Assembly: GCA_039927815.1 (NCBI GenBank) | Contig: JBDSUJ010000034.1 | Location: 1,170-65,169, forward strand | Source: Croceibacterium sp. | GTDB taxonomy: Bacteria > Pseudomonadota > Alphaproteobacteria > Sphingomonadales > Sphingomonadaceae | Length of the DNA stretch: 64,000 nt | Direction: 5' to 3' | Position numbers and translations under genes: made by a program | Shown here: positions 1-9,510 of the stretch, piece after piece | Position numbering within the stretch: position 1 is the first letter of the stretch | Layout of the letters: the number at the start of each line of letters is the position of its first letter | Notes under the pieces: generated by a model | The model's input: the letters and a program-made list of their open reading frames with translations, nothing else | The model's database searches: none | Told to the model about the DNA's origin: nothing

Positions 1-36
1 GCCGAAGTTGCCCGCGTGGTGCGCGAGGAAGACTAG
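1..36 (+). CDS. 3' end of a CDS running off the window, possibly the T2SS ATPase GspE C-terminus
   Basis: Frame 1 reads AEVARVVREED-stop, ending 3 nt before gspF. That is the usual position of gspE, but only 11 codons are visible. Confidence 0.3.
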   Translation, partial: AEVARVVREED

Positions 37-39
37 CGG

Positions 40-1281
40 GTGGCGGCGTTTTCCTATCAGGCGGTCGACGGCACGGGCAAGCGTACCCGCGGCGTTATCG
101 AAGCCGGCAATCTGTCAGGCGCGCGCCGGGCCTTGCGCGAACGCGCGCTGCTGCCGCTATCCGTGGCGCAGACCCATCGCCCCGAGGCCGCGAATGCCGC
201 CGGCGCGCCTGTGCCGCTGGCCGAACGCCTGCGCTGGCGTGGCCGGGTGTCGAGCCGCGCCCTGTCCACCGCGACGCGCCAACTGGCCACGCTGATCGGC
301 GCCGATGTCCGGATCGAGGAAGCACTCCGGCTGGTTGCCAACCAGGCCGAGAACGCCGCGCTCAAGTCGATCCTGCTCGATGTCCGCTCGGCGGTGCTCG
401 AAGGCGCCAGCTTCGCTCGCGGACTGGCGCGGCATCCCAAAGCGTTTCCCGATTTCTTCCACGCCTCGATCGAGGCCGGCGAGCGCTCGGGCCGGGTTCC
501 GGAAGTGTTGTCGTACCTCGCGGATTTCGTCGAGGCGCGTCATCGGGCCAACCAGAAAGTGCGCCTCGCTCTGCTCTATCCGGCGCTGCTGGCGGGCGTG
601 GCGGTGTCGATGATGACGCTGATGATGATCTACGTGGTGCCCGACATCGTCCGCGTATTCGTGACCCGTGGGGCCGATCTACCGCTGCTCACGCGGTTGC
701 TGATCGCACTCAGCCATTTCGTCTCGGCGTATGGGCTGGTGGTGTTGGCCGCGCTGATTGGCGGGCTAGTGTTCGCGCGGCATGAATTGGCCAAGCCCGA
801 TAAGCGACGGGCACTGCACCGCGCGCTGGCCACCCGCCGGCCGCTCGCTCGGTTCGTACGCCAGGCCAATTCGGCGCGCTTTACCGCCACGCTGGCGACG
901 CTGGTGCAAAGCCGGGTACCCTTGCTCGACGCGCTGACCGCCGCCGCGGCGGTGATCCCCAACCTTCACGTCCGCGCTCAGGCCGAAGCGGTTGCAGCGC
1001 GGGTGCGCGAGGGCGACAGCGTGCACGGCGCCATGGGCCAGGCCGACGCGTTCCCGTCGATGTTGGTGGCGATCGTGGCGAGCGGTGAAAGCACCGGCAA
1101 GCTCGGTCCGGCGCTGGCGCGCGCGGCTACCGAGCTGGACCGCGACGTCGAGGCGCAAGTCGCCGTGATGGTCTCGCTGGTAGAGCCGGCGGTGCTGCTG
1201 CTGATGGGGGGGCTGGTGCTGCTGATGGTGATGGCCATCCTGCTGCCGATTATCGGCCTCAACGATCTAGCGACAGTTTAG
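40..1281 (+). CDS. gspF: Type II secretion system inner-membrane platform protein GspF
   Basis: 413 aa with GTG start. N-terminus AFSYQAVDGTGKRTRGVIEA is typical of GspF/PilC. Two repeated T2SSF-like halves, each followed by hydrophobic segments. Confidence 0.9.
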   Translation: MAAFSYQAVDGTGKRTRGVIEAGNLSGARRALRERALLPLSVAQTHRPEAANAAGAPVPLAERLRWRGRVSSRALSTATRQLATLIGADVRIEEALRLVANQAENAALKSILLDVRSAVLEGASFARGLARHPKAFPDFFHASIEAGERSGRVPEVLSYLADFVEARHRANQKVRLALLYPALLAGVAVSMMTLMMIYVVPDIVRVFVTRGADLPLLTRLLIALSHFVSAYGLVVLAALIGGLVFARHELAKPDKRRALHRALATRRPLARFVRQANSARFTATLATLVQSRVPLLDALTAAAAVIPNLHVRAQAEAVAARVREGDSVHGAMGQADAFPSMLVAIVASGESTGKLGPALARAATELDRDVEAQVAVMVSLVEPAVLLLMGGLVLLMVMAILLPIIGLNDLATV

Positions 1282-1289
1282 CGCTGACG

Positions 1290-2063
1290 TCACTCGATGC
1301 GGGTATCGTAGCGGAATCCGGCCAGGAACGGCAACCGCTGCACCGCCATGGCGGTCGGCCACAGGCTCAAAGCTCCGGTTCGCGCTAGGCGCAGCTCGAA
1401 CAAGTGCTCCTGGCTTCCTTGCGCGACCAGCGCGCCGGAACTGGAACTGACGTTCGGCGTGATCGTGAACAGCCCCGCGGGCAGTTCGGCCGGCGCGGAC
1501 GCAAGGCCCTTGGCAAAGCACTGCGACGGGGAGAATCGCATCGTGCCTTCAGCGGACTGGCGAGTCCCGCCGAGCACCAGTTGCGCGATGTCGACATCAG
1601 CCAGAAACCGGCACGCAAACGGCAAGTTCGGTGCGAGCGCGGATACCAGCGTGTCGTCGACTTGCCCGGTGACCTTGACAAAGCGATAGCTGGTTCCGGA
1701 CTTCGTCACGCTGCCAGCCAGATCGCTGCCCCCGCCGGCAAGATGGAAATCCGCACTGGCCCCGAGCGCCATAAGCGACCGTACGGGCGCGAACTGCCAG
1801 TCGATGCGTACTGTCGAGGCAATGACGGCCTGCCCATTCCAGATCGTCCCACCGACCCGCATGCCATCGCTCTCGCCCAGCACAACGCGCGCCGGAATTA
1901 GCGCGATCAGCCCGACCAGGTATGCTATCGCGGCGACCAGGATGAATATCAGCGTTCGCGGCGGCAACCGGCGCCTGGCGATCGGAGGTTGCTGAAGTGC
2001 GTATGGATCGACGTCTGCTGCTGCAATCCGTGCCGTCATTCCTGATTGCATCGTCCGTCCCAT
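1290..2063 (-). CDS. gspN: Type II secretion system protein N (GspN-like)
   Basis: One N-terminal TM segment (LIFILVAAIAYLVGLIALIPA) is followed by GTIWNGQA and W-containing repeats typical of the T2SSN family. Start is uncertain (ATG at 2063, 2051 or 2039). The 5' Pro/Arg-rich extension of the 324-aa ORF was rejected. Confidence 0.65.
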   Translation of the reverse strand: MGRTMQSGMTARIAAADVDPYALQQPPIARRRLPPRTLIFILVAAIAYLVGLIALIPARVVLGESDGMRVGGTIWNGQAVIASTVRIDWQFAPVRSLMALGASADFHLAGGGSDLAGSVTKSGTSYRFVKVTGQVDDTLVSALAPNLPFACRFLADVDIAQLVLGGTRQSAEGTMRFSPSQCFAKGLASAPAELPAGLFTITPNVSSSSGALVAQGSQEHLFELRLARTGALSLWPTAMAVQRLPFLAGFRYDTRIE

Positions 2064-3058
2064 CGTTATGGACGCCGGCGCAAGCGGCCAAGGTTGCCTT
2101 CGTGGCCGCGTTGCTGGTCCCCAAGACCGGGCAGCACGCCGCACTGGGCCGGAGCATGGAACGCGCCGCCCTGATGGCGCAAGCGGAAACGGACAAGAAA
2201 TCGCTGCTGGTATTCGATACCGGCGGCACGGCGGCAGGTGCGGCGGCTGCGGCTCGCGCGGCACGCAAGGCAGGCGTGGCGGTAATCCTCGGCCCGGTGT
2301 TTGCTGCGGAGACCGTTGCAGTGCTGACCGCGGTCGCCGGCGCGATCCCGGTGATCAGCTTCAGCAATGATGCGGCGCTGCTAGAGCGGGGGGCGTTCCT
2401 GCTCGGGATTACCGCCCGGCAGGTCGTCACCGGCGTGCTGACCTATGCCGCCCGGCGCGGGGTGATGCGCGTCGCGGTCAGCGGGCCGGGTGACGACTGG
2501 GGCAAGCAGGCCCGCACCGCCGCGCTCGCGATCGCACCCGGTCTTGGGCTGACCGTGACCCAGCTTCCCGACGACGCGCGCGATATCGTGCTTCCGGTGG
2601 GCGCCAGCGGCAGCGCCGACGGGTTGCCCGACGCGCTGCTGATGACGAGTGCAGGATCGCTGGCGGCGATTGCCCCGGCCGCCGCGGCGCAAGGCATCCA
2701 GCTGCTGGCGGCCACGCCCGCGCTCGATTTCGCTCCCGAGATCCTCGGGCGGATCGAAGGCGCGTGGGTCGCAGCGCCCGAGCCCGCGCGCGTTGCCGGC
2801 TTTGCCCGTCAGTTCGAGGACCGTAACGGATCGGCCCCGGGCACGATTACCGTGCTCGCTTACGACGCGGTCAGGATTGTGGGCCAGGCCCGCGTGAGCG
2901 GCGGCGTGGATCGTTCGGCGCTGCTGGTACAAGGCGGGTTCAAGGGGATTAGTGGCGACATCCGCTTCCGTGACGATGGCAGCGCGGCCCGGACGATGGC
3001 GATCCTGGCGGTAGTCGGCGGCGCACTGCGGACCGTCGCGCCGGCGCCCACTGCCTGA
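1997..3058 (+). CDS. Periplasmic binding protein, Leu/Ile/Val-binding or LpoA-like (penicillin-binding protein activator-like) family
   Basis: 353 aa. Signal-like N-terminus (RRLLLQSVPSFLIASSVPSLWTPAQA). Pattern LLVPKTG...A....GA.LA....D......LLVFDT.G......A......GV.VILGP is typical of type I periplasmic binding proteins. Confidence 0.65.
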   Translation: MRMDRRLLLQSVPSFLIASSVPSLWTPAQAAKVAFVAALLVPKTGQHAALGRSMERAALMAQAETDKKSLLVFDTGGTAAGAAAAARAARKAGVAVILGPVFAAETVAVLTAVAGAIPVISFSNDAALLERGAFLLGITARQVVTGVLTYAARRGVMRVAVSGPGDDWGKQARTAALAIAPGLGLTVTQLPDDARDIVLPVGASGSADGLPDALLMTSAGSLAAIAPAAAAQGIQLLAATPALDFAPEILGRIEGAWVAAPEPARVAGFARQFEDRNGSAPGTITVLAYDAVRIVGQARVSGGVDRSALLVQGGFKGISGDIRFRDDGSAARTMAILAVVGGALRTVAPAPTA

Positions 3059-3068
3059 GGACACGGCG

Positions 3069-3620
3069 ATGACAGGCGCGCCGAGCCGGCACAGCGCCGG
3101 TTTCACGCTGATAGAACTGCTGATCGCGCTGGTGCTGTTCGCACTGATCTCGCTCGCCGGCGCCAGCCTGATCGAAACCACCGCGGGCGTGGCCCAGCGC
3201 ACCGCCGGGCGCACCGATCGGCTCGCCGAGATCCAGCGCGCGCTGTATCTGATCGGGGCCGATTTCGAGCAGTTGACCGCAGGGCCGGAGGCCGTCGCCG
3301 GGCGGGTAAGCTTGACCCGGGCGAGCGTGGGTGGGGACTATGCGGTCGATTACTATTTGGCAGGCGAGGCAGTCCATCGGGTCGCTGCCGGAGCGGACCG
3401 CGTGATCCTGTCCGGGGTGTCCGCGCTCGGCTGGCGGTACTTTCGAGATGGCAGCTGGCAAGATCGTCCTGCCGATCCGCTGTCTGCTCAGCAGCAGCAG
3501 GCCACGGCTCCTTCGGCACCCATGCGCCCGCGCGGGGTCGAGATGACGCTCACCGTCACCGGCACGGTCGGGCTGGCGGGCCCGGTGCGGCGGGTGTTCG
3601 AATTGCCCGCCCAGCCATGA
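3069..3620 (+). CDS. gspJ: Type II secretion minor pseudopilin GspJ
   Basis: Prepilin-type N-terminal methylation motif GFTLIELLIALVLFALI. Size 183 aa. Conserved RAL.LI..D.EQ segment. ATGA-coupled to gspK. Confidence 0.8.
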   Translation: MTGAPSRHSAGFTLIELLIALVLFALISLAGASLIETTAGVAQRTAGRTDRLAEIQRALYLIGADFEQLTAGPEAVAGRVSLTRASVGGDYAVDYYLAGEAVHRVAAGADRVILSGVSALGWRYFRDGSWQDRPADPLSAQQQQATAPSAPMRPRGVEMTLTVTGTVGLAGPVRRVFELPAQP

Positions 3621-4519
3621 CCCGTCCGCACTTGGTGCCGCCCCGCGAGAGCGAACGTGGCATGATCCTGATCAACGTGCTGGTCATCGTGATGTTGGCG
3701 ACGTCGGTCTTGGCACTGATGCTGGCAGGCGACGATGCTGACGTCGAGCGCAGCACCAGCTTGCGCTCGGCCTCCCAGGCGATGGCTTACGCGCGCGGCG
3801 GCGAGTTGACCGCGGTGGCGGCCTTGCGCCGCGATCTGGCCGCCGGCGGACCGAGCGATGCGCTAGATGATGGCTGGGCTAAGATCGGCGATAACGCGGC
3901 CCCAATCGCCGGTGGCCGGTTCACGCTCGCGGTGATTGACGCGCAGGCCAAGTTCAACCTCAATTCCCTGACCGGAGGGGGGATCCTCGCCGGTGCATCG
4001 CTTGAGCAAATTGTCCACGCTGCAGGGCTGCCGGCCGACATCGCCAAGCAGATCGGCCAGGGAATCCAGCTCACCGGGCCGATCGGCGATCTGGCGGACC
4101 TGGAAAAAGTCGGCTTCACACCGGCGCAAGTCGCGCAACTGGCACGCTTTTGCACGGTCTTGCCGACACCTACAGTAGTGAATCTCAATACCGCGGACGA
4201 AGCGCTGATCGCGATCCTGACCGGCAACCCAACGGCGGCCCGCACGCTGGTGCAGGCCCGCATGCGGGCCGGTCATTTGACACCGGCCGACCTCTCGGCG
4301 GTGTCGATCCTGCTGCCGCCGGGCACCGGGCTGCGATCGGACTATTTCTGGGTGCGCGCGCGCGTCACCAATGGCCGGACCCGCCAACAACTGACCAGCT
4401 TGCTATATCGACGGATGGGGGAGAAGGGGCCGGAAGTCTTAGCCGTGCGGCGGTGGCGGGGTCCGCCCCCGCTGCAGGCGCCGGCGCTCTCGGAGCCGTT
4501 ACCGGCAGCAGAAAAGTGA
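3617..4519 (+). CDS. gspK: Type II secretion minor pseudopilin GspK
   Basis: 300 aa. N-terminal GMILINVLVIVMLATSVLALM hydrophobic segment followed by the A...YARGGE..A segment typical of GspK. Overlaps the gspJ stop by 4 nt. Confidence 0.8.
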   Translation: MTRPHLVPPRESERGMILINVLVIVMLATSVLALMLAGDDADVERSTSLRSASQAMAYARGGELTAVAALRRDLAAGGPSDALDDGWAKIGDNAAPIAGGRFTLAVIDAQAKFNLNSLTGGGILAGASLEQIVHAAGLPADIAKQIGQGIQLTGPIGDLADLEKVGFTPAQVAQLARFCTVLPTPTVVNLNTADEALIAILTGNPTAARTLVQARMRAGHLTPADLSAVSILLPPGTGLRSDYFWVRARVTNGRTRQQLTSLLYRRMGEKGPEVLAVRRWRGPPPLQAPALSEPLPAAEK

Positions 4520-4546
4520 AGGGCGGCACCATGAGGTGCCGCCCTT
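4519..4546. terminator. Bidirectional intrinsic terminator hairpin between convergent gspK and a lipoprotein gene
   Basis: Perfect 12-bp stem AAGGGCGGCACC / GGTGCCGCCCTT with the 4-nt loop ATGA. It starts at the last base of the gspK stop codon. It is followed by TTTC on the + strand and flanked by an A-rich run on the other side. Confidence 0.75.
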
Positions 4547-4552
4547 TCGCAA

Positions 4553-4834
4553 TTAAGCCGCGCCGTTGTCGAGCGGTTCGCTGGCCGGGGCCAGCGGGGG
4601 AACGCAATTCGGCGGCTGGTGGATCGGATCCGATGTCGGGGAAGCGTTGAACGCCGCCGCGAAACAAGACCCAAACAGGCTTTGGAAAGCGACCGAGGGT
4701 GCGGCCGTTGGAGTCGGTGTTGGTGCAGTTGTCGCGGTAGGAGTGGGCGTCCTGCCATTCCCACCACCGCACGCGGCCAGCGAACTGGCCATGACGGCAC
4801 TTCCGCTTAGCCTTAACAGGGTTTTGATGCGCAT
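4553..4834 (-). CDS. Small lipoprotein, unknown function
   Basis: Signal peptide with lipobox SLAAC. Thr/Pro-rich linker TPTPTATTAPTPTPTAAP. GAGGAG Shine-Dalgarno about 8 nt upstream of the ATG. Confidence 0.6.
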   Translation of the reverse strand: MRIKTLLRLSGSAVMASSLAACGGGNGRTPTPTATTAPTPTPTAAPSVAFQSLFGSCFAAAFNASPTSDPIHQPPNCVPPLAPASEPLDNGAA

Positions 4835-4852
4835 GATTGCGAACTCCTCTGC

Positions 4853-6481
4853 TTAAGGCTTGGCGGGGATGGCGGCGACGGCGTCACGATCTGAACGCTT
4901 TCCTCCGGGGATCGGCGTGTTCAGGTAAGGGAACGTTGCTTGCAGATCGCGAGCCGAGATCGGCGCACCATCGGTGTAGGCCACGGTCCCAGTCGGTGCA
5001 TTCTCAGGCTTGCACAAGCCTAGATCCATCTGCACGCCGTTGATTGGCACCGGGTAACAAAGCCGACCCATTGCCACCCGCAGCACGATGTCCACGACAT
5101 CGTCTCCAGGGCGGCGCCCATTCGGGAAACCGGCCAGATCGTCGGCCACCACACCGTAGCTCTTCTGCGTGGCGTACGGTGTCACCGGAACCTTGGTGTT
5201 CAGCCGCAGCATCTCAGCCCCTCCCGTCACGATGGTCTGCTGGTTAAGGCCCTTGATGCCGGTCAGGAACGTGGCGACCAGATCGAGGCGCGGGAAGTTG
5301 TTCGGCGCCAAGTTGGCAATGTTAGTGTTGAGCGTGGCATTGACCGGGGCGCGGAACAGTTTGTCCAAGATGGCCGGGAAGGTCGGATTAGTGACATAAT
5401 CTGCTAGTGCGGCGTCAGCCGTCGGCTTGACCGCATTGAACAAGTCCTTGCGGTTAAGGCCAATGACCAGTTCGTTGACCAGAGGCATGCCAAGACGGGA
5501 CATCTGGACATAGGCGCCCCCGTTCTGCGTTGGCATGTCGTAAGTCGGCGTTGGATCGAACAGCTTTGCCTGCGGGAGACTGCTGGTCGCCCAGGCGCCG
5601 ATCACCCCGTTGTTGCTCGCCGCACCAGTCAGGCAGGAAGCTGGCAGCTCCATCGCGATCGTGGTCACATTGCGCTTGCCGACGAGATCGTCGTTGTTCC
5701 GGCTCTGGGTGATACCGCCCGGGAAACCCTTGCCATCGGCGGCAAACGGAGCGCTGTCGCCTTCGATCGGGACAAAATCGACTAGATCGAATATCGGTCC
5801 CAAGTTGACGGCGAATGCTTCTTGCCGCTGACCCACGAACACCCGACCCCCAGCCGAGCAGCCTGGCACAGCGACAGTATAAATGAAGCTGTTAGCATAA
5901 GCCTGGTACTGCGGCAGCGTCTTGGTACCGATGTTGTCAATCGGCTTGGCGAAGCTAGTACCGCCGCCGGCCGCATTAGTAACAGTGGCGCGAGCTCCGC
6001 TACGCATGTCTCCGGTGATCTGCGTGATCGTGTAGTTCTCGATCTCGTTCTGATCAGGATCGTTGGCCGATGTAATCTGGTCCACCGCGCGCAGTGGGAC
6101 GGTGATGTCCTTCCCGCCGATGGGCAAAGCAATGCCATTTCCGTTTCGCAGCGAGTTGCTGAACTTGAAGGAATAGTTTATGTCTTCCTTCGCGTCGCCA
6201 TCGCTGTCGATGTGGATTTCATACAAGGCATTGGGATCCAGTACGAAGTAGTTGGGTCCTGAACCCGGGCTTTGATCCGGATAATAGTTCGCGATGATCG
6301 TCACCGTCGCTTCGCGGCCGGTCTCATAGCTACGGAACATATATAGATCGGTGTTATCGATCTTTTGATATTTGGCAATTTCCGGGGCTTCTTTGTGGCT
6401 CGAGGCCCACGCCGATCCTGTCGGCGTGGCGCACATAGCCGCCGCGGCCGTGCCTAATGCAAGCTTCTTCAATATAGACAT
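4853..6481 (-). CDS. Secreted DUF4331-like protein
   Basis: Start chosen at MSILKKLALGTAAAAMCATPTGSAWA (AGGAG upstream). The predicted mature N-terminus SSHKEAP and the following YMFRSY...NYYP...GPNYF pattern match my memory of the DUF4331 family. The upstream 25 codons of the ORF were rejected. Confidence 0.75.
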   Translation of the reverse strand: MSILKKLALGTAAAAMCATPTGSAWASSHKEAPEIAKYQKIDNTDLYMFRSYETGREATVTIIANYYPDQSPGSGPNYFVLDPNALYEIHIDSDGDAKEDINYSFKFSNSLRNGNGIALPIGGKDITVPLRAVDQITSANDPDQNEIENYTITQITGDMRSGARATVTNAAGGGTSFAKPIDNIGTKTLPQYQAYANSFIYTVAVPGCSAGGRVFVGQRQEAFAVNLGPIFDLVDFVPIEGDSAPFAADGKGFPGGITQSRNNDDLVGKRNVTTIAMELPASCLTGAASNNGVIGAWATSSLPQAKLFDPTPTYDMPTQNGGAYVQMSRLGMPLVNELVIGLNRKDLFNAVKPTADAALADYVTNPTFPAILDKLFRAPVNATLNTNIANLAPNNFPRLDLVATFLTGIKGLNQQTIVTGGAEMLRLNTKVPVTPYATQKSYGVVADDLAGFPNGRRPGDDVVDIVLRVAMGRLCYPVPINGVQMDLGLCKPENAPTGTVAYTDGAPISARDLQATFPYLNTPIPGGKRSDRDAVAAIPAKP

Positions 6482-6556
6482 GACGTGGCTCCTAACCCTC
6501 TGCGACCAAAAACGGCTATTATATTCAATACGATTCGAACTGGGTGCGAGTTGCAT

Positions 6557-7306
6557 TCAGAACAGGGAATCCGCGACTTTCGCGAAACCGAAGGGCTTGT
6601 CGGGCTCTTTCACGACCAGCGAATTGGCGATATCGAAGTCCGGCTGGGCGCTGTCCGCAACTTGCTGCCAGGTCCATTCCCCCGAACCCAAGGCCAGCAC
6701 CGTGGTCGCTGTGTCCGACGTCAGGAAGATCAGGCGCGGGCCGCCTTGCAGCTGTGCGCGACACGCGGCCGAGGCGGCCTCGATCGTAGTCGCCACGGTT
6801 GTGCGAATGATATCGAGGGCCTGCGGCTTGAGCTGCAGGTCCGGCTCGACCCAGGTCTGGTTCCACATCGCCAGCGCATTCGCCACAGACCGCCTGCTGT
6901 CCGGAATGGTCGGCAACTGCTCTTGAACCGCGGGACTGGTTTGCAGCGCGACTTGCACTGGATAGGTCAGATCGCACGCGCCGGCCGCTTGCGTGTCGGC
7001 CTGCTCCAGCAACGCAACAACCATGGGCGATACAACGGGTAATTGCACCGGCGGGGGCATCACAATAGGCTGGGGGGGTGTTGGCGGGACCTTGTGCGGC
7101 TGCGGTTGCTTGGTCGGTGCGGGGTTGGGTGGCCCGGGATCCTTGACGTCGAAAGTCGCCACCACCGGCAAAGGCGTGGACTTGCTGTGGCCGACCGACA
7201 GCAACAGCGCCAAGGCAGCCAGCGCGTGAATGCCGACCGCGATTCCGGCGGACGTCATGCGTCGGCGTGTGCTGTGGCCCCCATAACGGTCGGCTGCAGT
7301 GGTCAC
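6557..7306 (-). CDS. Membrane-anchored protein with Pro-rich linker (TonB-like N-terminus, unrelated C-terminal domain)
   Basis: TM segment IAVGIHALAALALLLSV, then KDPGPPNPAPTKQPQPHKVPPTPPQPIVMPPPVQLP, then a ~150-aa domain with no family I recognise. GTG start at 7306, or ATG at 7258. Directly upstream of the DUF4331-like gene on the same strand. Confidence 0.55.
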   Translation of the reverse strand: MTTAADRYGGHSTRRRMTSAGIAVGIHALAALALLLSVGHSKSTPLPVVATFDVKDPGPPNPAPTKQPQPHKVPPTPPQPIVMPPPVQLPVVSPMVVALLEQADTQAAGACDLTYPVQVALQTSPAVQEQLPTIPDSRRSVANALAMWNQTWVEPDLQLKPQALDIIRTTVATTIEAASAACRAQLQGGPRLIFLTSDTATTVLALGSGEWTWQQVADSAQPDFDIANSLVVKEPDKPFGFAKVADSLF

Positions 7307-7385
7307 CGGTCATCACCCCGCCAACGCGTGCGACGCGGCCGGGCAAGCCACTTGCCGGCCCGGCCGCGTCTTTACCCGGGGCCGA

Positions 7386-9347
7386 TCAGAAGGCAACGTG
7401 CGCCCCCGCGGTTACCGAATGGATCCGGCGATCATCACCGAACTGACCCTGGTAATCGATCGCGAACGACACTGGACCGCCGTCCGAAATATTGAGCGAG
7501 GCGCCGGCGTCGTAGTAGTTCCGCTCGAACGGTGAGACCGTGAAGGGGAACGCCGATGTTCCGAGTGTGGGAGACAGGAAGTTCGCGCTGAACACCTGCG
7601 GATCTTTCATGAACTCGTGATACCAGCCGCCGCGGATCTCAGGGCGGACGATCATCCGGCCAGAGGCAAATTGCCCGCCGAGCCGCGCCCCCAGATGGCC
7701 GCGGAGCGATTCGTATTCCTGCGACGAAACGTTGAGCGCGGCGATCGAGCCGCCAGATTCGGAAAAGCCGTCGATCTGGACCTTGGCGTAGCGCACCGCG
7801 CCGAACGGTTCGAGAGTGACCCCGCCGAGATTAAGGGAGGCGCCGACACTTCCGCCGCCCGCGACGATGTCGCCATTTGTCTGGCTAAACGGCGTTGCCG
7901 CGAACGTCCCGAAAGTAACGTCACGCTTCAGGTCGAAGCTGAGATCGGTGTAGCTGCCCCAGGCGTCGACGAACAACGGGCCGAACATCGCAGTTGCGTA
8001 AGCACCGCCGAACCAGCTTTCCAGTTCGCTACGGACCACATTGGCCGACAGGCGCGGACGAACCAGGTTATAACCACCGAAAACGCCAATCGCGGTGCCG
8101 CCCCCCAGCCGATAATCGAGACCGCCGAGTACGTGAGGGCCTTCGAACTGAACTTCAGGGCGATCGGCCGCTGCGTCAAACCGCCCGAACCTGTCGCCGG
8201 CGGCGAACCACGCGCCGATCCGGCCGTCCGGGTCAAGCGTGGTGGCGGCGCCATCGGGCATGACGCCATTGCCGCGTAAGGTGTGGGTGTAACCGAGCAC
8301 GGTGTTTTCAGTGACTTCGACTGGATTGAGGGCCAGTTCGCCCAAGGTCGAAAACGCCGCCGGCGACAGGGCGGTCAGGGCCGCTGACTGAGCCCCAGGC
8401 GTCGCGTAAAGGGCATCAATCGAATTGAACAAGCCCAATGTGGCTGCGGTCGGGATTCCGACGAATTGATCGAGTTGACCGCCAACCGCGGTCTGGTTGG
8501 CGGTGCCGCCCATCGTCGCGAATGGATCGAGTGAGATGGCCAGGCCTTCATACAGCGTATTGCCGCCCAGCGCGCCGATCAGGGTCGCGCTGCCGGTCGT
8601 CAGGTTGATGCGATACAGCGATGTCACCCGGGTAGTCGGATTGGTCAAAGTCGCCAAGGCGGTGCCGTCACGCCCGATGTCGAACCCGACATTTCCGAGC
8701 GTGGTGACGCCGGTCGGGCCGACCGAGAACAGGGTCCCGGTGTTCGGGCTGGTGGTTGCGTTGCCTTGCGTGGCCAGCTGAGCCGGGGCCAAAGCGCCCC
8801 GGGTATCGATCACAAACAGTGTCGTGCTGGTCGCGCCCGCAACGGGGTTGGTGTAGGCCGCGCCCGCGACGTTGACGATGGCACCTGCGAGAGGGTCGCC
8901 GGCGGCATAAGCAAGCGTCCCGTCGTAAGCCGCAAGCGCGCCCGTGTCTGGGTTAAGGCGAAAATCCTGCCGAGTCTGCGTGTCGACCCGAATGCGGTCG
9001 ACGGTCGGGTTGAAGTCGAATGCGATGCCGCCGATCGTGGGGTTCGCCGTGGGCCCGACCTTGGTGGCCACACCGGTACGCGTGTCGATGACATAAACCG
9101 TTCCGACGTTGCTGATCCCGTACAGAACGCGTGGCGCAGCGGGGCGAAAGTCGATCGCCGCGAGGCTGGTGAGCGGGTCCAGACCGGTCACCGTGACGGT
9201 AGATGTTATCGTCCCCGGGCTTGCCGCATTTACAGTGACAATTTTATTGCCACCCGAAATTGTCTTGACCGACTGCGCATCGGCGCTGCCCGAAAACGCC
9301 AACGCCATCGCCCCGGTTGCAGTCGCAACAAGCCAACTTGACTTCAT
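7386..9347 (-). CDS. Autotransporter with DUF4394-like passenger domain
   Basis: Signal peptide MKSSWLVATATGAMALAFSGSADA. The passenger contains LAAIDFRPA...LYGISN.G.VY.ID..TG motifs recalled from DUF4394. The C-terminal ~270 aa has alternating beta-strand character and ends in ...AGAHVAF (terminal aromatic), typical of an autotransporter beta-barrel. Confidence 0.75.
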   Translation of the reverse strand: MKSSWLVATATGAMALAFSGSADAQSVKTISGGNKIVTVNAASPGTITSTVTVTGLDPLTSLAAIDFRPAAPRVLYGISNVGTVYVIDTRTGVATKVGPTANPTIGGIAFDFNPTVDRIRVDTQTRQDFRLNPDTGALAAYDGTLAYAAGDPLAGAIVNVAGAAYTNPVAGATSTTLFVIDTRGALAPAQLATQGNATTSPNTGTLFSVGPTGVTTLGNVGFDIGRDGTALATLTNPTTRVTSLYRINLTTGSATLIGALGGNTLYEGLAISLDPFATMGGTANQTAVGGQLDQFVGIPTAATLGLFNSIDALYATPGAQSAALTALSPAAFSTLGELALNPVEVTENTVLGYTHTLRGNGVMPDGAATTLDPDGRIGAWFAAGDRFGRFDAAADRPEVQFEGPHVLGGLDYRLGGGTAIGVFGGYNLVRPRLSANVVRSELESWFGGAYATAMFGPLFVDAWGSYTDLSFDLKRDVTFGTFAATPFSQTNGDIVAGGGSVGASLNLGGVTLEPFGAVRYAKVQIDGFSESGGSIAALNVSSQEYESLRGHLGARLGGQFASGRMIVRPEIRGGWYHEFMKDPQVFSANFLSPTLGTSAFPFTVSPFERNYYDAGASLNISDGGPVSFAIDYQGQFGDDRRIHSVTAGAHVAF

Positions 9348-9510
9348 GATATTCCCCACCTGTTTAACGCATGCGGGAGCGACCCGCACGTCGTGTGCAT
9401 AGGGTTATACGTCTCCCCGTCGGCAGCGGATGCATCAGCATGAAAATAAAGTTGCCGCGCTTGATTTAATTTTGCTTTTAAAGAAGTCGAAGCTGCCGCT
9501 AGTGGGCAAA

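Noticed and set aside
1997-3058. Possibility that the gene between gspN and gspJ encodes a missing T2SS component (GspC/L/M or pseudopilin)
   Set aside because: The sequence pattern is that of a type I periplasmic solute-binding / LpoA-like protein. It has no prepilin motif, no PDZ/HR domain and no single-pass GspL/M topology.
4700-4760. Thr/Pro repeat (TPTPTATTAPTPTPTAAP) in the small lipoprotein as a DNA tandem repeat or contingency locus
   Set aside because: The underlying DNA is an imperfect low-complexity linker, not a clean tandem repeat. Such linkers are common in lipoproteins.
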